From NCBI GenBank assembly GCA_010909165.1, contig MU008162.1, positions 124,001 to 188,000 of the forward strand: DNA of 64,000 bases, in the 5' to 3' direction. This document shows, piece by piece, positions 10,963 through 23,160 of the stretch (positions are counted from its first letter, which is position 1; every line of letters starts with the position of its first letter). The position numbers and the translations under genes are program-made. The notes beneath the pieces were generated by a model. That model searched no databases and was not told where the DNA came from. It was given only the letters and a program-made list of their open reading frames with translations. The stretch is from Anthoceros angustus (taxonomy: Eukaryota > Plantae > Anthocerotophyta).

Positions 10963-13900
10963 GTGGCTCCGTTATTCTGCACGTCACACTTGGGTAGGAT
11001 GGCAGGGGAAGATAACAACAGCGACCATCTGGCTTCCGGCAAAGCTTTGGTGGAGATGGATCGTCGTGTCACCGACTCCAACTGGAGCTTGCTGGAAAAT
11101 CCCGACCCTGGCAGCTCTGCTTTTGCTGAATACCAAACCAGCGTTACTGCCGATACCGTGAGCAGGCTCTGTGATGGGGGCCATCTCATTGCGGCTGTCG
11201 AGGCTTTGGGAGTCCTGGTGGAGACAGACTGCTGCATTTCCACCTCTCTTTTCTGTACCGTCCTGAAGAAATGCGAAGTGGACAGAGATCTTGTTCTGGG
11301 GCGCCGCGTACATGCTTTCACCATGAAGAGCGGGTACCAGTCGGACACGTTCCTGTGCAACCACATCCTGCGAATGTATGCAGCGCATGGCAGATTGCAA
11401 GAGGCGATGAACGTATTCACCATGGTTGCCAGTCCAGACAGCTTCATGTGGTCTTCCATAATTTCTGCACATGTCAAAAACGGACAAGATAGGCAGGCCA
11501 TGGAACTGTATGCTCGGATGCGTAGGACGAGTGTGAAGGCAGATAGCCATGTGTTTGTGGCAGCCCTTCAAGCTTGTGCAAGAGGATCAGACTTGAAAGC
11601 TGGGCAGCAGGTGCATGCTGATGTCTTGGCCAGTGGTATCAAGCCTCACTTGTTTGTCTCTAATTGCTTGGTGCACATGTATGTAAAGTGTGGCAGCTTG
11701 GAAGAAGCTCATAAGGTGTTCGACGGGCTTGCTCACAAAGATGTGGTGACATGGACTGCTCTAATTGGAGGGTATTCCCAGAGTGGACTGGGCCAGGAAG
11801 CCCTTCGTCTCTACAGTGTTATGCAAGAAGAAGGCATAGCTGTACCTAATGCAGTTACATTTGTGTGCCTGCTGCAGGCATGTGCAACTGTGGGTGCGCC
11901 GGCGTTGGACAAGGGCAAGCAGCTTCATGCACAAATTCAAAAGCTAGGACACCAAGCTGACGTATTTGTATCGACCAGCTTGGTGACCATGTATGTAAAA
12001 TGTGGCAGCTTTGAAGACGCGCAGGGAGTGTTTGATGGACTTGCTCAAAAAGATGTAGTGACATGGAATGCCATGATAGCAGGGTGTTCCCAGCTGGGCT
12101 TGGGCCACCAAGCCTTTTGTCTTTACAGTGCTATGCTAGAAGATGGCATGGCCGTTCCCAATTCCGTGACATTTCTGTGCCTCTTGCAGGCATGCGCACG
12201 TATGGGCACCCTGGCGCTGGAAAACGGGAAGCAGCTTCATGGGCAAATTAGAGAACGAGGATACCATACTGATGTGGTTGTAGCCAACAGTTTAGTGAAC
12301 ATGTATGCCAAGTGTGACAGCTTGGAAGATGCGCAGAGAGTGTTTGACGGGCTAGTTCAAAAGGATGTGGTGACTTGGAATGCTTTGATATCAGGATATG
12401 CACAGCAGGGCATGGGGCAGGACGCACTTCGTCTCTTCAGTGCTATGCAAGAAGAAGGCATCGCTGTACCTGATTCTGTGACATTCGTGTCCCTGCTGCA
12501 GGCTTGTGCAAGTTTGGGCAACCCAGCGTTGGAGAAGGGGAAGCAGCTTCATATGCTGATTAGAAAACAAGGACATGAAGCTGATGTGTTTGTGGCCAGC
12601 AGTTTGGTAAACATGTATTCGAAGTGTGGCAGCTTGGAAGATGCTGAGAGAGTTTTTGGCAGATTTGGTCAAAAAAATGTGGTGACATGGACCACTATGA
12701 TAGCAAGTTATTCTCAGCAGGGCTTGGGGCAGAAAGCCCTTAATCTGTACAGTGCTATGAAGGACGAAGGCATGGCTGTACCGAATGCCGTGACATTTGT
12801 GTGCCTCCTGCAGGCATGTGCTAGTGTGGGCAACCTGGCACTGGAGAAGGGAAAGCAACTTCATTCGCAAATCAGAGAACAAGGACATGAAACTGATGTG
12901 TTTGTAGCCAACAGTTTGGTGAACATGTATGCAAAGTGCGGCAGCTTTCAAGATGCACAGAAAGTGTTTGACCGTCTTGGTCACAAAGATGTGGTGTCAT
13001 GGAATGCTATGATAGCAGGATATTCCCAGCAGGGGATGGGTCAGGAAGCCCTTGGTCTCTACAGTGCTATGCAAGACAGTGGCATTGCTGTACCTGATTC
13101 TTTGACCTTTGTGTTCCTCCTGCAGGCATGTGCAAGTGTGGGGACCCCAGCCTTGGAGAAGGGCAAGCAGCTTCATAAGCAGATTAGAGAACAAGGACAC
13201 CAAGCTGATGTGTTTGTAGCCAGCAGTTTGGTGAACATGTATGCAAAGTGTGGCAGCTTGGAGTACGCTCAGAGAGTGTTTGATAGTCTTGCTCAAAAGA
13301 ATGTTGTAACGTGGACTGCCATGATAGCAGGGTATTCCCAGCTAGGAATAGGGCAGGAAGCCCTTCGTCTCTACAATGCTATGCAAGAAGAAGGCATAGC
13401 TGTACCTGATTCAGTGACATTTGTTTGTCTATTGCAGGCATGTGCAAATGTGGCAGCTTTGCATTTGGGAAGGCAGCTACATGCACAAATCATAGCACAA
13501 GGTATTCAAGCTGACAAGTTTGTCGGCGGCAGTTTGATAAACATGTATGGGAAGTGCGGAAGCATGGTTAATGCTCAGCAGGTATTTGATGCGTTACCCA
13601 AGAAAGATGTCTCTGCCTGGAGTGCACTGATTGCAGGCTACACCTCTCAAGGAGACAGTCAAGTGGTTTTTGACTTGGTTCAGAGAATGTGGAAGGAGGA
13701 TATCCAGCCAGTTGGCATCACATTCCTTAGTGTTCTAACAGTATGCAGTCATGCGGGTCTAGTGAGGAAGGGGAGAGAATTCTTTGAGGCTATGAGCAGT
13801 CAGTACGGCATCAGTCCCACACTGGAGCACTACACGTGCATGGTGGATCTCCTAGGCCGTGCAGGGCAACTGGATGAGGCATTAGCTTTTATAAGGTCAA

Positions 13901-14427
13901 TGCCTGTTTTGCCGAATGCTGCTGTTTGGCACACACTCTTGGGTGCTTGTTTGAAGTGGAGCAATGTGGAGGTGGGACTCCATGCTTTCAATGAAGGCGA
14001 GAAGCTAGACAAGAAAGATGCAGCAGCCTATGTGTCCATGTCGAACATATACACCAGTGCCCACATGTGGGAGCAGGCACAAGAGATGCAGGCGAGGAGA
14101 TTAAGGAACAGGGCATGGAAGGAGCCTGGTCAGAGCTTATGGACAGACATGGATGGTCTGGTGCATAGTTTTCTGGTTGGGGATAAGAAGCATCTTAAAA
14201 GTCAAGCAAGACTGATGAAACAGGCAAATCTCAAAATGAAGAATGGGTATGTGCCACATCTGGAACCGTCACCGCCAAACATATTCAATGACGGAAAGGG
14301 TGAGCATTTGTCTGTTCATTGTCAGAAAGTGGTTATCGCATCTCCCCTCAACAACACACCGGAGGAGGTCCCCATTAGAAGCTACTATGTCCAGGGATGT
14401 GTATTAGGATGGAACGTTTTCGTGTGA
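10963..14427 (+). CDS. PLS-class PPR protein with 104-aa triplets (P36-L37-S31) and a degenerate DYW start
   Basis: 1154-aa ORF (first ATG at 10999). P-motif starts recur every 312 nt (11740, 12052, 12364, 12676, 12988, 13300). E domains and AWKEPGQSLWTD are followed by GYVPHL...HCQK...NTPEEVPIR. Confidence 0.92.
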   Translation: MAPLFCTSHLGRMAGEDNNSDHLASGKALVEMDRRVTDSNWSLLENPDPGSSAFAEYQTSVTADTVSRLCDGGHLIAAVEALGVLVETDCCISTSLFCTVLKKCEVDRDLVLGRRVHAFTMKSGYQSDTFLCNHILRMYAAHGRLQEAMNVFTMVASPDSFMWSSIISAHVKNGQDRQAMELYARMRRTSVKADSHVFVAALQACARGSDLKAGQQVHADVLASGIKPHLFVSNCLVHMYVKCGSLEEAHKVFDGLAHKDVVTWTALIGGYSQSGLGQEALRLYSVMQEEGIAVPNAVTFVCLLQACATVGAPALDKGKQLHAQIQKLGHQADVFVSTSLVTMYVKCGSFEDAQGVFDGLAQKDVVTWNAMIAGCSQLGLGHQAFCLYSAMLEDGMAVPNSVTFLCLLQACARMGTLALENGKQLHGQIRERGYHTDVVVANSLVNMYAKCDSLEDAQRVFDGLVQKDVVTWNALISGYAQQGMGQDALRLFSAMQEEGIAVPDSVTFVSLLQACASLGNPALEKGKQLHMLIRKQGHEADVFVASSLVNMYSKCGSLEDAERVFGRFGQKNVVTWTTMIASYSQQGLGQKALNLYSAMKDEGMAVPNAVTFVCLLQACASVGNLALEKGKQLHSQIREQGHETDVFVANSLVNMYAKCGSFQDAQKVFDRLGHKDVVSWNAMIAGYSQQGMGQEALGLYSAMQDSGIAVPDSLTFVFLLQACASVGTPALEKGKQLHKQIREQGHQADVFVASSLVNMYAKCGSLEYAQRVFDSLAQKNVVTWTAMIAGYSQLGIGQEALRLYNAMQEEGIAVPDSVTFVCLLQACANVAALHLGRQLHAQIIAQGIQADKFVGGSLINMYGKCGSMVNAQQVFDALPKKDVSAWSALIAGYTSQGDSQVVFDLVQRMWKEDIQPVGITFLSVLTVCSHAGLVRKGREFFEAMSSQYGISPTLEHYTCMVDLLGRAGQLDEALAFIRSMPVLPNAAVWHTLLGACLKWSNVEVGLHAFNEGEKLDKKDAAAYVSMSNIYTSAHMWEQAQEMQARRLRNRAWKEPGQSLWTDMDGLVHSFLVGDKKHLKSQARLMKQANLKMKNGYVPHLEPSPPNIFNDGKGEHLSVHCQKVVIASPLNNTPEEVPIRSYYVQGCVLGWNVFV

Positions 14428-15370
14428 CTACCACAGGGCTTTCCAGGTGACCAAGGGCACACTAACTTCCAAATTCTTTGACTCGGAATGTTCCTGTTCC
14501 CAAGAGACTAAACGAGAAATGGACTATTATGCATTTCCTTAGAACATGTGGTCATTCTACTGCCTAGTGGATGGAGATTGGTCTTGATGAGGTGATCTTG
14601 TAGTCTTTGCTGCTACTTGTTTTTTTTGCTGAGGGGTATTACAGGATATGGCGTTTCTTACATTTTTTTATGCTGTTAATAACTGCCACAGGGATCTCCT
14701 CAAGTCCTGGGGGCAATCAGGTCCTCGGGATCCGGAGTGCTCCCAATTTCGATGGGGAAGGCTTTCTTACGAGGCTTGAAGTGCGCCTAATCTACGTGGG
14801 AGTGTGTACTCCAAAGGCCGCAAGAAAGCCTTCCTGGAAGCATACTTAGAGTGGGTGGTGTATAAGCAAGCCTGGAAGCATATCCGCAGTGGGTGTTTTG
14901 CTGGTGGAAGTCTAAAATCCTCTCGATATTATTTGTAGCATTAGTATCCGAGACTCGGTGGTTTGCTGGTGGAGGTTTAAAATGCTTCTAATATTATTTC
15001 TAACATTAACCGCCGAGGCATGGTCTGAAGTTGGTGTTTTTGGTTTGGTCTGACCGTACGTCTGGGTGTGGTCAGCAGTGTGTCCGAAGTATATAAAGTT
15101 GTCACTCTGATGGTTGAGGTACAATGCTTGTGAAATGACCAAGTATGAATTTGTCACTACAGCAAAATCATGAGATACAACGCTTGTGAAATCACCTAAT
15201 GCGGAGTTGTTTTTGTCTTAGTGATGCATAGATACATGGCCAAAAATTCAATATCCAAGATGGAATCAGCCTTATATAAAATCATGTACAAAAAATCATG
15301 TGCAAGATCTTGCAGCTATCTTGTGTGAAGTTGTCTCTTGGTGATGCAAACATGATAATTCCGGCTTAAA

Positions 15371-15621
15371 GCTGTCAGACCTTTGGGTAAGTTCCTAAGT
15401 AGGATATTAGGTACTCTAAGGACCCTTACTGCTGTCAAACGTTTGGGTAAGTTCCTAAGTAGGATATTAGGTACTCTAAGGACCCTTACTACTGCGAGTT
15501 TCTTTAAATTAATGTCAGCTCAGTTGAGTAGTTCACTTAGGTTGAGTAGTTCATTTAAATTAATGTCAGCTCAGTTGAGTAGTTCACTTAGGTTGAGTAG
15601 TTCAGTTAGGTTGAGTAGTTC
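15371..15621. repeat. Adjacent tandem duplications (60 bp x2; 51 bp x2 with internal gttgagtagttca subrepeats)
   Basis: 15371-15430 matches 15431-15490 nearly exactly, and 15503-15553 matches 15554-15604. Confidence 0.9.
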
Positions 15622-15733
15622 AATTCGTCGAACTGTGTCCCGAGTAGACAATTCTAATAATTTAGTTCTAAAATCCAACTGAATTGGCTAGCAAACTGCA
15701 GATGGTGGGCTGTGGCTTTTCGAACAGGCGCAT

Positions 15734-16465
15734 AGAATTGATCTGCGTTGGTTTGAAGTGGAGTCCCCACAATTCGTACGAAAAGAATTGATCTGCGTTG
15801 GTTTGAAGTGGAGTCCCCACAATTCGTACGAAAAGTAAAGCAGACGTAGGTGATTAATAAAAATAATTTGTACAATACGGTTTTTTTTCATCTCAATTTG
15901 TCCAAATTGTGGATAGTCTGGCGGTTCGACCGGTCCGATCCGATCGAGCGGCAGCCAATCATTGCTTACGGCCAACGCATTCGGCAAATTGGTTGTCACG
16001 ATGGATTATGTCCGTGTGCCGGTTCAAGCTCAATTCGATGTTGACCTGGCCTAAAACTAAGCTGAACTAGTCGAAGTGAGCTCTTGAACTGGCAATTTGT
16101 AAGGGCCCTTAGTTCGAGAGCCCAGTTCTCTTAGTTTGGTCCAGTTTCGAGCTAGTTCAGCACCACACTGAGGTTGGACCAATGCACAGACACAATCCAT
16201 CGTAATCAGTTGGACCGATGCACAGACACAATCCATCGTAATCAATTCGTTGAGAATGCGCTCACGTGGCAAGTAACGATTGGCTGCAAGTTGAGTTTTT
16301 TCTAGTTCAAAAAATTGAATCCCCGCTAAAAACTAGAAGTTTGTATGAACTGGGATTTAAAAAAAAAAAAAAAGATATTGTACATCTCGTTTTCACTAGT
16401 CACCTATGCCTGCTTTACTTTTCGTATGAATTATGAGGAGTTTACTTCAAACCGACCCTAGTTCA
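15734..16465. mobile_element. Non-autonomous foldback/MITE-like element with ~115-120 bp imperfect terminal inverted repeats
   Basis: 15795-15908 (gcgttggtttgaagtggagtccccacaattcgtacgaaaagtaaagcagacgtaggtgatt...) is the imperfect reverse complement of 16338-16458. The first 50 bp of the left arm is tandemly duplicated (15734-15833). There is no coding capacity and no clear TSD. Confidence 0.7.
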
Positions 16466-17239
16466 GTTATATGGCTCTGTCCGAGAAGTCCCAGTTTTGT
16501 AAACTCGATATTTCATCTTGGAGTGAATATGTTTGCTTTCAACAACATCCTTAGTAGTGTGGAGAAGGGTGGGTGAAAAACGCTCTTTCATGCTTGTAGC
16601 CAACAACAAACGAGTGAGATAAGAGGATAGCTTTATCTTGGTAGGGGGAATGTGTGGCAGAGGTTTGTCTCCGTTACATTGAGAGGCTGCAAAATTTGGC
16701 TTTGCTTGCATTGTACAAGAGGGGAGGCCCCTTACAATTTGCTCATGCGAGGGATGCATTACCAGCTCCCACTTTATCTTTGGACACCACTTGTGATTGT
16801 CAAAGTTACCTACTCGAAGCCAGCCTTCTACAACATGGTGTAGCACCAGTTCGTGGTTCCAGCAGTTCTCTATTGTTTCAAATGTATGTGAATGAGAGAT
16901 GCTCAGTATGTGTGATGTTCAGACATATGTGTGTATGTGCTGAAAGATTGAGTTGACTATCATCGAGACATTTGTCTACAGGCCGAGAATTTGGGGAATT
17001 TCCAATTTTCCTTGATGTGCATCAAAGCAAGTGTATGCTCAGCAAACCGTTGTTTGAATTCCAATTAGATGCTTCAAAGTGCATTTACAGAATTTTGGGA
17101 GCTATATCAAAGTCATGTATCGTTGCTTGTATGTCTGAACCCTTAGCATTACCAGGGGGGAGTCTAATCACTTATCTATTTATGGGTTTGTAGTAAGTAT
17201 GTCGAACCCATATAACTCAAACCGTCTTTTCATAGTAGC

Positions 17240-17690
17240 CCACTCGGGACAGTGTCTGCGAACATGTCATCCTTAACCCTCCAGGTTGGGCCGCGGAGAG
17301 ATGCACGACGGCTAAGGTCCACAAGTACTCTCCTATGCAAGACGGCCACGCCTTCGTCCCTCTTGCCACCGAGACTCACGGAGCCATGGGCAAGGATTTC
17401 TCTAGGTTCGTTAAGGCCTACGCCATGGCTTATCATAGCCGCAAGAATGGGGTTGGCCTTCCCCTTTCTTGTATTGTTGCTTTCTTCCGGCAGAGGGTTT
17501 TCATCGCTCTGCAAAGGGTATTGGCCAACGCAGAGTATAGAACGACAACGAGCGCTTGGTAGTTTTGAAATGCGTGATCGTGGGGGCTAGTCCCCTTGGC
17601 ATGGTGCCTCTAGTTGGGTTTTTGCCCTTTGTTTTTGGGGTGGATGGATTTTTCCCATCGCTTTTTTTATATATAATAAAGTCTTCTTTT
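17240..17690 (+). mobile_element. 5'-truncated non-LTR retrotransposon, restriction-like endonuclease (RLE, CRE/NeSL-type) C-terminus plus 3' UTR
   Basis: One frame reads GWAAERCTTAKVHKYSPMQDGHAFVPLATETHGAMG...RQRVFIALQR, matching the RLE pattern K..KY...F.P.A.ET.G..G. It is flanked by ccgtcttttcatagtagc (17222-17239) and ccgtttttcatagtagc (17691-17707), a target-site duplication. Confidence 0.82.
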
Positions 17691-17849
17691 CCGTTTTTCA
17701 TAGTAGCTGCATACTATTATTGACATTTAACATCTTCAACATATACTAAAGTATAGAATCTTAAGTAGTAGATCGAGAATGACTCTTAAAAAGCATTTCA
17801 TATTTAATTATTTATATTATAGAATGTAGAGCTTTTACCTTGCTCAAAC

Positions 17850-18700
17850 CATGGCACTAAAAAAACTATGCATTTGGAATTTGATATTATGTGATTTAGC
17901 TCTCACAACCATGGGATTTTCTCCATTTCCTGAACTTGATGTACCAGATTGTGATAGTGGGTTCGCATTTTACCCCTTACTTCAATATAAAGAGGCCACT
18001 GAAGTAACTAATCTTGCAATAGCAGAAGCAGTTACAAGGTTCCCTGATACCACAATACATTTGTGGACTATTCAAAAGATAGATGAACTGGTGCCACGTT
18101 TATTTAGTATAGCTTTATGCATTGTTGATGAGAGTTCCCAAATATCTATTAAAGCTCAATGTACAGCTTGTCTTAAAGGGGCTCAAAGTATATTGTTAAG
18201 ATCTTGTGGAATTAGAAAAGGGGGGTTTTTGATCACAAAACTAGGTTGTTTTATAAAATATAGTAATTATGATTTCACCTTAGACCAGACTATTATTACT
18301 CTTCCTCCACCTTTTGGTCACATTCAAATACTTCCTTCAATGTAGATGAAACCTCAATTCATGTATTAAATCATCTGAGACCGTTCATATGAATAAATGT
18401 AAGATATCCAAAATAATATTCAAACATGATCACTTCATGAAATAAATTACAATAATAAAAAAAATATGAGAGACCATGGCAGGTATAAAAATTCTATTAT
18501 ATGCACACAAAAAACCGATGAATCTAAACCATGGAAAAATAAAAGATATAAGCTTGGCGATATGAAATGTTTGCTATTAACAAGGATTTGTACACAAACA
18601 ATTGAACTGCAAATAGTAGATCTGGACTACTTAGATCACAATTATTTTCATCAATGTATAAATGTTTTTGTTGTGTGGTATTATCAAGATTAAGTTCTCC
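17850..18700 (-). pseudogene. Possible highly decayed LTR-retrotransposon gag remnant
   Basis: AT-rich and full of stops. The minus strand near 18290-18400 reads MNGLR*...SSTLKEVFECDQKVEEE, reminiscent of the gag pattern F.NGL...P.TL.EA...A..E. The signal is weak. Confidence 0.25.
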
Positions 18701-20740
18701 TTTCCAGAAGAAGTTGGACGTATGCCACCAAAATTTTGATCTTTCATCTTCATTTGAGACAAGTCAATTGTGGTTCATGTGCAGCGTCATAAAGTATCTT
18801 TATTCTATTAATATATTAATAATAAAATATAATATAATTAAAATAGTTCTTAAAGATACTGTTAAGGGAGGATGGAATAATCAGTCATAATAATATATAT
18901 TCACTTTTATCATGATCTAATTTCTTTTTTTTTTGTCTATGAAAGATAAATACTAAAAATATAATTCGTATATTGATACGCATATTTATCTTGGAAAACA
19001 TTACAAATCTCCCACAATATATCATATTATGAGGTGGTTGTGTGTGCAGCTGTTACCACTCAAAATGAAAAGCCCATTATGAAGATTGCTGGGTGCAATC
19101 AAGAAGAAACATTTTATACGTATGTGTCTTTCTTAATCCATTGAGACGTTTTTGTTCTTGTTCCAGGTGAGACGCATCGGTCCCCTGCCTCTCACCTAAT
19201 GGGCTCCTCCAGCTGGTAGAGGATCCCACTCACTGCTGCTCTGCCCGCAGCAGCACTAGGCGAATGGTGGACGCTGGACAGGACAAGCTTGGACTCGGTG
19301 TTTAAGTACTCCGTGTTTGCATCTGGACAGACGTGAATTCCCCCACTCACTCTACAATACAGTCTAGTTTCAGCGCTGGCAAGCATGTTGTGAGCAAAGG
19401 AAGGCGACCGCGTGTGGGAAACCACTGGCTCACACCGCCTAAGACACCGAGATACAGTTGCAGTTGAGCGACTACTTTATTGGCACGCCTGTACCATCGT
19501 TGCTCCCGATGTCCACAAACGAAGCCCAGACTGCATCTCGGAGATACGCCAGACTGGAGCCTGCCCTGCCCTGCTGCTGCTGCAGCAGCAGCTGCTACTG
19601 CACCTCTGTCATGGGTTCGCGGCATGTGAAGCTTCCACAGTGTACAGCAGCACGCACTGAAGCCCCAACTCCCACATCGCCATTACAGACAACGTGTGTG
19701 CTATTCATCGCTTACTCGCAAAGCTCAGTTTAGCAAACTACCTGGTGGCAAGGGCTACATGAATGCGGAGCTGAACTGACAAAAATCAAACACGTACGTA
19801 CACAAAATGTAGCACACACAGTGTGGGACAGAGTACAGACTCCTCAAGCACGTACGTACACACAATGTAGCACACAAGAATCACGGGAGCGCAAAGAGTT
19901 TCTCTACTTCATCATATGAATCATACAAATGAAGGGTCAGTGCCGATGGCCAGCGATACTCCAGACAATGCTAAAACAGACTTGAGCCTAGTAACTTGCG
20001 ATCCTCACACGCTCGTCCAAGAAGCTTTGTAGAATAGCGGCTCTCCTAATTATCTAGCAATGACATTGTTCCTACCCACCAGCATGTGGTTCTAGACAGG
20101 CGCTACTCTGCTGCACCTAGTACCAAGTCCTTAGCACGGACTCAAAACAGCAGATGCTAGCCTTCCAACATATACACACTTCCTGCTCGTAACCATTCTA
20201 AACACTAATGGCAACCAAAATTTAAGATCTTCTAGTGCTACATGATTAAGACCCTCAGTCCCACAGAGCCAGAGAAAATAATACCATCCTCAGAGTTTCC
20301 CCTCGCCTTCCAGCAACAGAGCATGGCTTCTACGATTGAAATGATCTCAACTGCTGCAAGTGCAAAGACAGGACACTGACACCACGCTGTCAATATTAGC
20401 CATTTGACTCCGACACTTCATCCTCGCCCTCCCTCCCCCCGGCCCCCCCCTGGATGAGATACAGACTCCGCAAGCCTACTATCAACAACTCACACATCAG
20501 ATATTACTGAGTCATAACACGATGCTGCTCCAAGGAGACCAGAAGACAAGACAAAATGGATAGCCGGTGTTTCATCTCTGCTGAAGGCGATCTGCGGAAA
20601 CCCCAGGATGCCAGGCTTTGTCCAGTCCACTGCTTAAGGGAGGCTCTGTGCTACTTCGACTTCATCCTGTACATCAAGGAGCTGCGACTGCTTCCAGCGA
20701 GCTCTGACCCGAAATTCTCTCCAGCATAAATGGCCGACCA

Positions 20741-22007
20741 TTACCCCGTCGGACCCAGAATTCTCTTGATTCCGGCCTTTTGCTCAGGAGTGAGTCTCGA
20801 GGGAAACTTGATGTCGAATTTGATCCTCAGGTTCCCCCGTTTCCCTGGCTCCTTGGCAATCGGCATCCCCTCTTTAGGCACAACCTTCTCAGAACCAGGA
20901 CTTATTACTTCCGTGCACGGGATGTTGAGCGTCCTGCCATCTAGTGTTGTCACAGTAGCTGTACACCCTGTAAGCGCTTCCGACAACGGGATCTTGTGAG
21001 TCATGATGAGGTCGTTCCCATCCCGCTTAAAAACCTCATGCGGTCTCTCATCTATCACAAAAACTAAGTCTGCAGGTACCACATTCGGCTGCTCATTCCC
21101 CTTCTCCGGGAAAGTGATCTTCGTACCCTTCTTCCAACCAGGCTTCACTTCAATAGTCAAGATCTCTTCCACAGGCATAGTTTTCCTGCACACACGAACC
21201 CCACAACAATTGTGTGACAAAGGAAGGACAAAAAGCCAAGAGCCATGCACATGGAACAACTTAGCCAAGCCCTCATATCTGCACAGATTTCCAAAACCCT
21301 ATCCATACCCGCTAGCATCAGCGATGTTTCTTGAGATCTTCATCTTCCTGGTGGAGCCATTATACAGCTCTTCCAAAGTGCATTGCAGCTTGTTCTCAAC
21401 GGGGGGAGCCTTCCGCGGCACGGACGACTGCGAACCATCGCCAAAGGAGCGGAACACATTCTCAGTCCCACCGAAACCCCCAAACATACCATCCCCGAAG
21501 GGAGATCGTCCGCTGCGGCTCCCAATCCCACCCATGCTGGGCATACTTCCCATCTGAGAGAAGCTGCCTCCGAAAAACTCCGCAAAGATGTCCTCCGCGT
21601 TCCGAGGCTTGAATCGGAACATATTGGCCGGTCCACCTCCATTTTGGAAGTGCACACCACCGCCAGGCTGGGGAGGTGGAACCTGCCCCTTCAACCCTTC
21701 CTCCCCGTACTGGTCGTAGATTTGACGCTTCTGTGGATCGCTCAAAACCTGCAGCAAGACGCCAGCAATTGCATCGTCATCCCGCTGCCGACGAGGCCCC
21801 GCAACAGAACACGCACAGATGCGGATGCAGAAGAGCACCTACCTCATAAGCCTCCGAAATCTGCTTAAATTTGGCCTCAGCTTCCTTCTTATTATTAGGA
21901 TTCTTGTCCGGGTGCCACTTCATGGCCAGCTTCCGATACGCCTTCTTGAGATCATCCTCGGTTGCAGCCCGGGGGACCTTGAGCACATTGTAGTAATCAA
22001 CGCCCAT
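20741..22007 (-). CDS. Class II DnaJ/HSP40 (DNAJB4/5-like); exons 22007-21843, 21748-21309, 21185-20741
   Basis: J domain MGVDYYNVL...AMKWHPDKN...[25 protein letters not shown], a G/F-rich linker, and C-terminal domain [16 protein letters not shown]...[12 protein letters not shown]...[12 protein letters not shown]. Both GT-AG introns keep the frame. Confidence 0.95.
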
Positions 22008-22462
22008 GCCCGATGACGTAGCCGTCTATTGGAGCTTGTCGGCCAAGGCTGAGATCCCCCAAACCCCGAGAGCATGCACCAGCGCTAGCCCTAGCAATTC
22101 CACGCTCCTCTTGCAGAGGGAGGCGGCCGCTAAGCTTGCGCAGCCGGATGAGCAGACGGTCGATGACGGGCCGGGGCGGCGACAGGCCGGCACCAGCAGC
22201 ACACAAAAGACAACGCCGAAGGCAGACTGACAGCCGAGCCGAGTGTGAAGGATGGACGGACGGCACAGATGCGAGCAAAGGGCAGACAAGGCAGAGGCAG
22301 AGGAAACGCGCAAGGCAAGACGACACAACGCAAGAGCGGGGAACAGAGAACAACAGGTCCAGAAGAAAGGGCTTCCAGAACCAGATGGGAGGCGAGAGAG
22401 AGCGGAGGAAGAAGCAACAGGGCAAGGGCGAGAGAGAAAGCCAAGCGAACCTGGAAAGGGAA

Positions 22463-22477
22463 GGAAAACTCGAGAAT
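22463..22477. promoter_or_regulatory. Candidate imperfect heat-shock element upstream of DnaJ
   Basis: gGAAaaCTCgaGAAt fits three alternating nGAAn units with one mismatch, about 460 bp upstream of the DnaJ ATG. A motif this short could occur by chance. Confidence 0.25.
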
Positions 22478-23160
22478 CGCCCAGACAGTGCCAGAGTGCC
22501 AGAAACGCCACTCCCTTTCCCATTCTCTCTCCATATTCCATTTTACCTGCCCATAATTTAGTAAACTGCAAAATGCCACATGGACGACGTCCTGGTGCAC
22601 ACTATCGCTTGCATTGCTCGTACTTGCTGCATTTCTGCGGGTTTCTCTTCTCTCTTCAAGTTGGTCAAAATTGTTCAGTTATTCTTACCTGCACACTTAC
22701 AAGGTTGGACTGTTAGTTTCATCATTCTTATATTTATCAATAAGAAAAAATAGAGCTATTCTCCGTTCTTCTGAAAAATGGCTCAAAACGCACACAACTT
22801 AAAGTAATCTCAAGAGTCGCATGAGATACAAACTAACCCTTTCTTCCAAACAACCACAAATAATGAAGAGTACAGGAGAATTCAAGGTAGGCTATTTACA
22901 CGAGTGAATGGAAACCAAGGGTAAACTACCAAGTATCATTATGTTTAAGCTAGACAACTTGGAATTATAGAGTTACTAGGCCACCGACAACATCCATATA
23001 ACACCTTGGAGTATTGCTCTATCTATGCTTCCTTTGGACTCTAAATATCACGACCAAAGACGCAAAAAGCTTCCCTCATCCCGTATACACTACACCAAGC
23101 TCATTATGATATAAGCTAGAAAGGAAATGTAACGATTGTAAGCTAGTATGGCACCGAACT

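Noticed and set aside
15371-15833. Repeats that might be read as a CRISPR array
   Set aside because: They are adjacent duplications without unique spacers, in a eukaryotic context with no cas genes.
17851-18345. 164-aa plus-strand ORF as a gene
   Set aside because: It is AT-rich with no recognisable domain, and is more likely the antisense of a decayed retroelement.
19160-19740. GC-rich ORF cluster downstream of DnaJ
   Set aside because: All frames are interrupted and no family is recognisable, so neither a CDS nor a specific pseudogene call is supported.
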